Assembly: GCF_000621645.1 (NCBI RefSeq)
Contig: NZ_KK211323.1
Coordinates: forward strand, 62,723 to 94,722
From: Vibrio cholerae ATCC 14035
Lineage (GTDB): Bacteria > Pseudomonadota > Gammaproteobacteria > Enterobacterales > Vibrionaceae
DNA length: 32,000 nucleotides
Direction: 5' to 3'
Positions within the stretch are counted from its first letter, which is position 1, and each line of letters begins with the position of its first letter. The position numbers and the translations under genes were made by a program. The notes under the pieces were generated by a model. It saw nothing but the letters and a program-made list of their open reading frames with translations, was not told the DNA's origin and did no database searches. This document shows positions 17,390 through 24,917 of the stretch, one piece after another.

Positions 17390-17896
17390 AAGCATTCCTG
17401 TATCATTGTGCAGTGCAATGGTTGAAGTCTGTTGTGAAGCTCCAACCGTCAAACATTATATTTATTCAACTCATCCATGAGAGTTTTTTATTCGGCTGAT
17501 ACCTATACATTCAAAATAAATGATGAGCAATACAGGTTTTCTCAGGATTCAGTTGTAAATAAATGTAACTCAATGAAAATCAATAAAACTTCCGAGAAAT
17601 GAATCGTGATTTTTGTTGCGTAAACTAATTTTTCACAAAAAGGACTTGCCACCAAACTTGGGTGTGAATGCTCCATTTGATGGGTTTGTTGAATCTATCA
17701 ATATGATTAATTTGTGGTTTTTATTGTTTTGGTAGGCGATTTCTTACTGGATGTTTGCTTGGAAAATGCACAGATTAAGCTAATTTATGCATTTAAATCA
17801 GGTGCGGGGGACTCAACTCTTTTTACAAGAGTGCATTTCATATTTGCTCTATGGGTGTGGTAGCATGCCGAAAAAGGTTGGCATAACAGAATATAA

Positions 17897-18394
17897 ATGA
17901 AACGTTGGTATCTACTTTACTGCAAACGAGGCGAGCAGCAGCGCGCGAAGATGCACTTAGAAAATCAAAGTGTTGAATGCTTCTACCCCGAAGTGTGCGT
18001 TGAAAAAATTCTACGTGGTAAGCGGCAAATGGTTCAGGAGCCGTTATTCCCTTCTTATATGTTTGTGCGTTTCGATTTCGAAAATGGACCTTCATTTACG
18101 ACCGTACGTTCTACGCGTGGTGTCGTAGATTTTGTCCGCTTGGGGCCTCATCCACGTGAACTGCAAGGCGATTTGATTTATCAATTGAAACAGCTTGATT
18201 GTGAGCAATTGAAGCATGCCACCAAACAATTGCCAGAAAAAGGGCAAACCGTGCGAGTCGCAAGAGGTCAGTTTGCGGGCATTGAAGCGATTTATTTAGA
18301 GCCGGATGGTGATACTCGCTCGATCATGCTGGTGAAGATGATCAGTCAGCAAGTACCAATGAGTATTGAAAATACCGATTGGGAAGTCACCTAA
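17897..18394 (+). CDS. rfaH: Transcription antiterminator RfaH (NusG paralogue)
   Basis: 165 aa. MKRWYLLYCKRGEQQRAKMHLENQSVECFYPEVCVEKILRGKRQMVQEPLFPSYMFVRFD compares with E. coli MQSWYLLYCKRGQLQRAQEHLERQAVNCLAPMITLEKIVRGKRTAVSEPLFPNYLFVEFD. Confidence 0.92.
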   Translation: MKRWYLLYCKRGEQQRAKMHLENQSVECFYPEVCVEKILRGKRQMVQEPLFPSYMFVRFDFENGPSFTTVRSTRGVVDFVRLGPHPRELQGDLIYQLKQLDCEQLKHATKQLPEKGQTVRVARGQFAGIEAIYLEPDGDTRSIMLVKMISQQVPMSIENTDWEVT

Positions 18395-18452
18395 TCTTAT
18401 CTTTACCGTCTTGATTTTTCTGTTGATGAATCATCGGGTGATGAAAGAATTA

Positions 18453-18487
18453 AAAAGCCAGAATGAGTCATCACTCTGGCTTTTTTA
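18453..18487. terminator. Bidirectional terminator between convergent rfaH and asnB
   Basis: aaaaagccagaatgagtcatcactctggcttttttaa. Stem gccaga pairs with tctggc, with additional inner pairs. It is flanked by A5 on the left and T6 on the right. Confidence 0.7.
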
Positions 18488-18505
18488 ATCACTATACTCG
18501 CCCTA

Positions 18506-18550
18506 CTTGAAGCAGCAGCGCTGCTGGCTAGAACTTCAAGTAACTTGGGT
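18506..18550. repeat. Short (arm-only) ERIC derivative, copy 5
   Basis: cttgaagcagcagcgctgctggctagaacttcaagtaacttgggt. It has terminal cttgaag and cttcaag, an inner palindrome cagcagcgctgctg, and a right flank like the other copies. It ends 4 nt from the asnB stop codon. Confidence 0.65.
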
Positions 18551-18554
18551 ATCC

Positions 18555-20219
18555 TTAGTAGGCTTGTTTGTGGACGGCTTTCACCGCGCGGCCTGATGGG
18601 TCAATACAGTTTTTGAATGACTCATCCCACTCAATCGCTTTGGCTGAAGAGCAAGCGACGGAAGGGCCTCCCGGTACGCAGCGTGCCGCAGATTCAAGTG
18701 GGAATAGCTCCTCAAAAATTTCCCGGTACACATAACCTTCTTTGGTGGTTGGAGTATTGTATGGGAAACGGAATTTCGCAGTTTCCATTTGTTGATCACT
18801 GATCTTAGCTTCTGCGGTAGCTTTTAGCGTATCGATCCAGCCATAACCTACGCCATCAGAAAACTGCTCCTTTTGACGCCATGCAATCGACTCGGGCAGA
18901 TAGTGCTCAAAGCACTCACGCAGGATGTGTTTTTCCATTTTGCCATTACCACACATTTTATCGGCTGGGTTGAGGCGCATCGCAACATCAATAAATTCTT
19001 TATCTAGGAAAGGCACACGACCTTCTACCCCCCATGCTGCCAGCGATTTGTTGGCACGCGCACAGTCAAATAAGTTCAACGCCAGCAGTTTGCGTACGGT
19101 TTCCTCGTGAAACTCTTTAGCGTTTGGCGCTTTATGGAAGTAGAGATAGCCACCGAAAATTTCGTCTGCTCCCTCACCGGAAAGCACCATTTTGATGCCC
19201 ATGGCTTTGATTTTACGCCCCATCAAGAACATGGGAGTAGAAGCACGAATCGTAGTGACATCATAAGTTTCGATGTGGTAAATCACATCACGAATCGCAT
19301 CAAGTCCCTCTTGAATGGTGTAAGTCATTTCGTGGTGCACGGTACCAATTTTCTCTGCAACCTCACGTGCGGCTTTAAGATCTGGAGCCCCTTCTAAGCC
19401 GATCGCAAAAGAGTGAAGTTGTGGCCACCATGCCGCACTTTTCTCATCATCTTCAATACGCATTGCGGCAAAACGCTTCGCAATCGCAGAGGTAATCGAA
19501 GAATCCAGCCCCCCAGATAGCAGTACACCGTAAGGAACATCGGTCATCAGTTGACGTTTCACGGCAGCTTCTAAGGCTTGAGTTAACTCTTCTTTGCTGC
19601 TGACGTTATCTTTTACTTCATCAAAACTATTCCAATCACGCACATAGTAGCGTGTCACCGCTTGATCTTTTGAGCTCAAATAACTGCCAGGAGGAAACTC
19701 ACTCAATGTTTTACACACAGGAACCAGTGCTTTCATCTCTGACGCTACATAGAAGTTACCGTGTTCATCATGACCCTGATAAAGAGGAATGATGCCGATA
19801 TGGTCGCGTCCAATCAGGTATTCATCTTTCTCTTCATCGTAGAGAACAAAAGCAAAAATACCATTGAGTTCTTCGAGGAGATCAGCTCCTTTATCGCGGT
19901 ATAGTGCCAAGATAACTTCACAATCAGAATCGGTTTGGAATTCATATTGACCCTTGTAACGTTCACGAATTTCTTTGTGGTTATAGATTTCACCATTCAC
20001 GGCAAGGATGAGCTTACGATCTGGGCTATAAAGAGGCTGTGCGCCACTATTTAAACCCACGATGGCCAGACGCTCATGGGCCAGAATCGCTTTATCAGAA
20101 GCATAGATACCTGACCAGTCTGGACCGCGATGGCGCAGTTTTTTCGACATTTCGAGGGCGATAGGTCTTAGCGTTGCTGCATCAGTTTTAATGTCTAAGA
20201 TGCCAAAGATAGAGCACAT
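18555..20219 (-). CDS. asnB: Asparagine synthetase B (glutamine-hydrolysing)
   Basis: 554 aa. MCSIFGILDIK has the Cys2 nucleophile of class-II glutamine amidotransferases. The synthetase domain has SGGLDSS. Same length as E. coli AsnB. Confidence 0.95.
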   Translation of the reverse strand: MCSIFGILDIKTDAATLRPIALEMSKKLRHRGPDWSGIYASDKAILAHERLAIVGLNSGAQPLYSPDRKLILAVNGEIYNHKEIRERYKGQYEFQTDSDCEVILALYRDKGADLLEELNGIFAFVLYDEEKDEYLIGRDHIGIIPLYQGHDEHGNFYVASEMKALVPVCKTLSEFPPGSYLSSKDQAVTRYYVRDWNSFDEVKDNVSSKEELTQALEAAVKRQLMTDVPYGVLLSGGLDSSITSAIAKRFAAMRIEDDEKSAAWWPQLHSFAIGLEGAPDLKAAREVAEKIGTVHHEMTYTIQEGLDAIRDVIYHIETYDVTTIRASTPMFLMGRKIKAMGIKMVLSGEGADEIFGGYLYFHKAPNAKEFHEETVRKLLALNLFDCARANKSLAAWGVEGRVPFLDKEFIDVAMRLNPADKMCGNGKMEKHILRECFEHYLPESIAWRQKEQFSDGVGYGWIDTLKATAEAKISDQQMETAKFRFPYNTPTTKEGYVYREIFEELFPLESAARCVPGGPSVACSSAKAIEWDESFKNCIDPSGRAVKAVHKQAY

Positions 20220-20378
20220 ATGAATTCCTTTTAAATGTTTTTTAATCTGTTGGACTTAATTTGCCATTCTGATTAAAAACTTCAACCCCATGTTGAGTTT
20301 TATTTTAAATAAAAAGATTTTGATTGGAAATTTTCTATTTAATCTTCGTGTTGTTTAAATGAGCTTTAAAAAGTGGTG

Positions 20379-20412
20379 AAAAAAGAAACGATAGGGCGAT
20401 ATTCGCCCTATC
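20379..20412 (-). terminator. Rho-independent terminator of the CPA2 antiporter gene
   Basis: Stem gatagggcg (20390-20398) pairs with cgccctatc (20404-20412), with loop atatt. On the minus strand it begins 3 nt after the stop codon and is followed by gtttctttttt. Confidence 0.8.
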
Positions 20413-20414
20413 TT

Positions 20415-22001
20415 TTAGCGGCGAGTGAAGTTTGGTTTGAGCTGTTCGCATACATGGCGAGCAAAACCAGTACCCGCTTCACTGTAAATGTTGAATGCTG
20501 CGTGAGCACCATGCTCAAGCAAGCTTTCTATCTGATCCGGGTATTCTGCAATGGCTGCGATTTGGCCTTGATAGTGGCGCTTTTGCAGTTGCTCAAGGGC
20601 AATTTGGTTAGCTTGATGGTGAGGCATAGCCAGCAGCACCAGCTTGACTTTGCCGGTATCGAAAATGCGTTCCCAAAAATCTGGGTCGGTTGCATCGCCA
20701 GAAATCACATTACGGCCTTCTTCACGATGGCTATTGGCCGCCTCTTCACGAATTTCTACCCCAAGGCAGATTTCCCCGTGACGTGAAGTGAGCTCTTCAT
20801 AGGCGCCGCGGCCGATACGTCCCATACCTAAGATAAGAACTTGCGCTTCTCCAGGATCAATTAGGCGATCCCTGGTGTGTAAGGATTCAGCCGCTTGCTC
20901 TTTCAGCCATTTGGCCGAACGTTGATAAATGGCATGTCCTTTACGTTCAATCGGAGCGGCTAAGATAAACGATAAGGGGACGGAAACGGCGAGAGCCACC
21001 AGAATGTCACTGTTTATCCAGCCCATTTTGAAAGCAAGTCCACCCACGATCAGGCCAAACTCACTAAAGTTGAATAGGGATAGCGAGGCCAGTAGTGACG
21101 TGCGGACACGGAAATGGAACTGGTGGATGACCCAAAAATACAGCACGCCTTTTATTGGTAGCAGTAACAGGAGCAGTAGAGCGAGCATAATTCCTGTGGT
21201 AGTCGGGTGAGCAGAAAGCCCGATGTTCAGGAAGAAGCAGACTAAAAACAGCTCTTTGAGATTAAATAGTGCTTTCGATAATTCAGAGGCTTTGTGGTGG
21301 CTGGCGAGCATCATCCCTAAGATCAGTGCTCCAAGATCGGGTTTCATTCCGACGAGCTGGAAGGATCCGGCTCCCACAACCAATGCAAAGAAAATCCCAA
21401 ACAGAACCAACATCTCGCCGTGGCCGACCCAATCCAATAACTCATAAAAGAGCGGACGGAGTAAAGGGAGTACAAATAAGCCTATCGCATACCATTCTGG
21501 GAGTTTGCCGGTCGATGCGGTTAAGAACACCACAGCAAAGATATCTTGCATAACCAGAATACCAATGGCTAAGGTGCCATAGGTCGCATTCATTTCCCCT
21601 TTTTCTTGCAGCGATTTGACGGCAAATACGGTACTAGAGAAGGATAGGGCAAATCCGATCAAAATGAGTTTATCAAAAGAAAGATCCGCCAGACTATCGA
21701 GCCCTAACTGCTTAAAAATGAGTAAGAGAAGCGTAAACAGTGCGGTAGAGAGCAAGTTATGAATGGTTGACCCTGCCCAAATCTCTTTGGCGAGTAAAGT
21801 TTTGACTTCCAGTTTCAAACCGATAGTAAAAAGGAGTAGGGTTACCCCTAAGTCGGCGAGCAGAGAAAGGGTATCATTACTGGTAAATCCGTAGGCATTG
21901 AGCGCAAAACCTGCAATCAAAAAACCAACCAGCGGCGGTAAATGGCATTTTAAAGCGATAAAACCTGCTAAAAATGCGGCAGAAAGAAGTATCAAATCCA
22001 T
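20415..22001 (-). CDS. CPA2-family monovalent cation:proton antiporter with C-terminal KTN/RCK (TrkA-N) domain (Kef/YbaL-like)
   Basis: 528 aa. The first ~370 residues or so are polytopic and hydrophobic (MDLILLSAAFLAGFIALKCHLPPLVGFLIAGFALN...). This is followed by a Rossmann motif, VLILGMGRIGRGAYEEL, and an RCK-like tail. The specific substrate is not inferable. Confidence 0.8.
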   Translation of the reverse strand: MDLILLSAAFLAGFIALKCHLPPLVGFLIAGFALNAYGFTSNDTLSLLADLGVTLLLFTIGLKLEVKTLLAKEIWAGSTIHNLLSTALFTLLLLIFKQLGLDSLADLSFDKLILIGFALSFSSTVFAVKSLQEKGEMNATYGTLAIGILVMQDIFAVVFLTASTGKLPEWYAIGLFVLPLLRPLFYELLDWVGHGEMLVLFGIFFALVVGAGSFQLVGMKPDLGALILGMMLASHHKASELSKALFNLKELFLVCFFLNIGLSAHPTTTGIMLALLLLLLLPIKGVLYFWVIHQFHFRVRTSLLASLSLFNFSEFGLIVGGLAFKMGWINSDILVALAVSVPLSFILAAPIERKGHAIYQRSAKWLKEQAAESLHTRDRLIDPGEAQVLILGMGRIGRGAYEELTSRHGEICLGVEIREEAANSHREEGRNVISGDATDPDFWERIFDTGKVKLVLLAMPHHQANQIALEQLQKRHYQGQIAAIAEYPDQIESLLEHGAHAAFNIYSEAGTGFARHVCEQLKPNFTRR

Positions 22002-22023
22002 GAGCTATATTCTTAATTTAATA

Positions 22024-22055
22024 ATAAAAAAACGGTGGTATAAAAATACCACCGT
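22024..22055 (-). terminator. Rho-independent terminator of nagC (nagAC operon)
   Basis: Perfect 10-bp stem acggtggtat (22032-22041) pairs with ataccaccgt (22046-22055), with loop aaaa. On the minus strand it is followed by ttttttt. Confidence 0.85.
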
Positions 22056-22095
22056 CATTATAGGTCAATCGGTTGCGTAAGCTTAACTAAAAAGC

Positions 22096-23310
22096 TCAGT
22101 CTTCAAGCAATTTTTGTAACAGAACCCCATTTAACATCGCACGTTTGATCATAGCAAAAGCGCCCATAGTGGGTTGTTTGTAGACTTGTGAAGACACAAT
22201 CGGCAGATGTTGGTGGAACGTTTTCAGTGACTGATTTTCTACGTTGCGTTGAATCGCGGGGAACACGATCTCTTTGGCGGCGGTGATTTGCCCAGCAATC
22301 ACGATCTTTTGTGGGTTGAATAGGTTTACGGTAATCGCAATCGCCTTACCCAACTGATTACCTACACGAACCAACGCTTGTTTCGCCAGTTCATCCCCAG
22401 CATTTGCGTGCTCACAGACATCATCAATCGTAATCGTATCGAGAGTAGAGAGCGAAGATTCATACCCCTGAGCGATCAGTTTTTGCACACGAGAAGTGAT
22501 AGCAGGGTTGGTCGCAACGGTTTCTAGACAACCAAAGTTGCCACATTGACATTGCTCACCAAGAGGGTCGATTTGGATGTGGCCAATTTCACCGACGTTG
22601 CGGTTATAGCCTAAGAAGACTTGACCGTTAACGATAATCCCTGCACCTGTGCCACGGTGTACACTGACTAGTATGGAGTCTTGGCAATCTTGGCTTGCTC
22701 CGAAATAGTGCTCCGCTAAGGCAATACCACGAACGTCGTTACCCACAAAACATTCAACATGGAACTCATCACGAATGGTTGCGCCGAGAGGTAATTCATT
22801 GATCGCGACATTAGGCATGTACTCAACAACACCTGTTTCTGGGTTCACCAAACCGGGTAAGGCCACACCAATCGCAATCAACTGATCAATTAATGCGGTG
22901 TGTTGTTGAATAAATTGTTTGATCTGTTTAATCAGGCTCGACATCAACACGTCTTGCGTGTTGTAGTGAAATTCATGATGCTCATCAACCAGTGAGTTTC
23001 CACCTAGGTCATAGAGGCTGAGTTGAATATAGTCACGTCCGATACGCACGGCAATAGAGTGGAACGGCTTGACTTCTGTGGTCAGCGAAATGGCTCGCCG
23101 ACCACCTGTAGAAGCTTGTTGCGCGACTTCTTTGATTAATCCACGTTCAAGCAATTGGCGGGTAATCTTGGTAACACTGGCCGGAGCCAGTTGGCTTACA
23201 TCAGCGACTTGAATCCGACTGATTGGGCCTTGTTGGTCAATCAAGCGGTAAACCGCCGCACTGTTTAGCTGTTTAACTAAATCTACGTTACCAATCTGTC
23301 CGCCATTCAT
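22096..23310 (-). CDS. nagC: N-acetylglucosamine repressor NagC (ROK family)
   Basis: From the ATG at 23310: MNGGQIGNVDLVKQLNSAAVYRLIDQQGPISRIQVADVSQLAPASVTKITRQLLERGLIKE is nearly identical to the E. coli NagC N terminus. It has the ROK Zn motif GHIQIDPLGEQCQCGNFGCLE. The ATG lies 2 nt after the nagA TGA. The track start is a TTG two codons upstream. Confidence 0.93.
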   Translation of the reverse strand: MNGGQIGNVDLVKQLNSAAVYRLIDQQGPISRIQVADVSQLAPASVTKITRQLLERGLIKEVAQQASTGGRRAISLTTEVKPFHSIAVRIGRDYIQLSLYDLGGNSLVDEHHEFHYNTQDVLMSSLIKQIKQFIQQHTALIDQLIAIGVALPGLVNPETGVVEYMPNVAINELPLGATIRDEFHVECFVGNDVRGIALAEHYFGASQDCQDSILVSVHRGTGAGIIVNGQVFLGYNRNVGEIGHIQIDPLGEQCQCGNFGCLETVATNPAITSRVQKLIAQGYESSLSTLDTITIDDVCEHANAGDELAKQALVRVGNQLGKAIAITVNLFNPQKIVIAGQITAAKEIVFPAIQRNVENQSLKTFHQHLPIVSSQVYKQPTMGAFAMIKRAMLNGVLLQKLLED

Positions 23311-23312
23311 TA

Positions 23313-24449
23313 TCAATTCTGCTCGTATTGTCCGTTAACTACCGTCGCTTTTACGTTGAAGTCACGATCAAAAACAGTCAGGTTGGCGATCATACCTTTC
23401 TTGATACGACCGAGTTTCTCATCAACACCGATTGCTTTCGCTGGATACAGAGTAGCCATTCGCAGAGCTTCATCTAAAGCGATACCGACATGCTCAACCG
23501 TATTTTGAACTGCTTCAATCATTGTTAGGGCTGAACCGCCAAGCGTGCCATTTTCATCAACACATTTGCCATCTCGGTAATATACTTTCTTACCGACAAA
23601 AATAAAGTAATCCATTTCAGCGCCTGCAGGAGCTGTGGCATCGGTCACTAATACGAGCTTTTCACCCTTAATTTTGTGGGCAATTCGGATGTTTGCGTAA
23701 TCAACATGGAAGCCATCGGCGATGATGCCCGCATACACCTCAGGTGTATCATAAATCGCCCCGACCACTCCTGGTTCACGACCTACCATCGGGGTCATTG
23801 CGTTAAAGAGGTGGGTCGCAAAGGTAATGCCGGATTCAAAGCTTTTACGTGCTTCGCTATAGGTCGCGTTTGTGTGTCCAATGGAAACAACAATTCCCGC
23901 TTTAACCAGCTTCTCAATATGTTCAGGCTTATTATTTTCTGGCGCGAGAGTGACTTTGGCGATCACATCACTATTGGCACAAATCGTATCAATCATCGTA
24001 TCGTCAGAGGGGCGGATGAAGTCAACGCTGTGGATCCCTTTTTTCATGACATTCAGATAAGGCCCTTCTAAATGAAGACCAAGCGATTGATTTGGGTATT
24101 TAGCCTGATATTCGCGAGCGGCGGCAATTGCTTGGCGCATGTTCTCATCGGAAGAAGTGATCAGCGTTGGAAGGAAGCTGGTACAGCCCGATTTAAGGTT
24201 AGCTTTGTGCATGGTATCGATGGTTTCCGCTGTGATTTCATCATTGAACATCACACCACCACAGCCATTCAGCTGTAAATCGATAAAACCAGGGCTGAGG
24301 TTTGCACCGTTTAGGTCGACCACATTCATCTCAGATGGAAGAGATTCGATAGGGCAAACGGCTTCAATTTTGTCACCGTTGATGATTACCGCATGTTTCA
24401 CAAGCACATCATTGCCTGTGTAGATTTTGCAGTTCGTTAGCGCATACAT
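23313..24449 (-). CDS. nagA: N-acetylglucosamine-6-phosphate deacetylase
   Basis: 378 aa. [12 protein letters not shown]...[20 protein letters not shown]...LHLEGPYLN...IGHTNATY...ATHLFNAM...[10 protein letters not shown] is collinear with E. coli NagA. Confidence 0.95.
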
Positions 24450-24718
24450 AATCAGCTAATCCTCTTGTCGATATTTTTAGATTCATTTTAGCGACTCACC
24501 GAGGTTACAGCCAAAGCGCAAGCTGCTTCACTTCAATCAGGTCGCGAATTATCTTTTGTGCAAAAGGCCACAGCAACTGCGGCTAAAAATAAGTCATTGG
24601 TCAATCCACTCTTCGCGGTGTTTAACCTAAGGGCATTAAGAGAAATGCACTATGTTAACGAGTGTAACACGGTGACTGTCTGACCAACAAACGCTGTAAT
24701 ATTAGCGTCCAAAAGTTG

Positions 24719-24740
24719 TTTTTTTACATCATAAAATAAG
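24719..24740. promoter_or_regulatory. Candidate NagC operator 1 (nagA-side)
   Basis: tttttttacatcataaaataag matches 18 of 22 positions of the E. coli nagE operator as I remember it (ATTTTTTGAATGATAAAATAAG). It overlaps a perfect 9-bp inverted repeat, atcataaaa-taag-ttttatgat (24728-24749). Confidence 0.5.
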
Positions 24741-24781
24741 TTTTATGATCTGGCTAGCAAAATCATTTCGTTCTTAGAACC

Positions 24782-24803
24782 ACGGGTGATTAGGATCACA
24801 AAT
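24782..24803. promoter_or_regulatory. Candidate CRP (cAMP receptor protein) binding site
   Basis: acgGGTGAttaggaTCACAaat compared with the consensus TGTGA-N6-TCACA. There is one mismatch in the left half and the right half is perfect. It lies between the two NagC-like boxes, as in the E. coli nagE-nagB region. Confidence 0.6.
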
Positions 24804-24812
24804 GATGAGGTT

Positions 24813-24834
24813 TTAATTTGCGGAGCAAAATTAA
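24813..24834. promoter_or_regulatory. Candidate NagC operator 2 (nagE-side)
   Basis: TTAATTTgcggagcAAAATTAA has 7-bp A/T arms in inverted repeat around a GC-containing spacer. The architecture is the same as the E. coli nagB operator as I remember it (TTAATTCGTATCGCAAATTAA). It lies 84 nt upstream of the nagE start. Confidence 0.55.
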
Positions 24835-24917
24835 TGTCATAAACTGACCAGGACTAAATTGGGCGACTAAAAAAAGTCTCTCAATACTATACAAAAATCC
24901 TATAGGGGGAACTTAAG

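Noticed and set aside
18814-18821. gcggtagc, resembling the RfaH recruitment element ops (GGCGGTAGnnTG), close to rfaH.
   Set aside because: It is only a partial match (the leading G and trailing TG are missing). It lies inside asnB on the antisense strand and is not in a leader of any operon.
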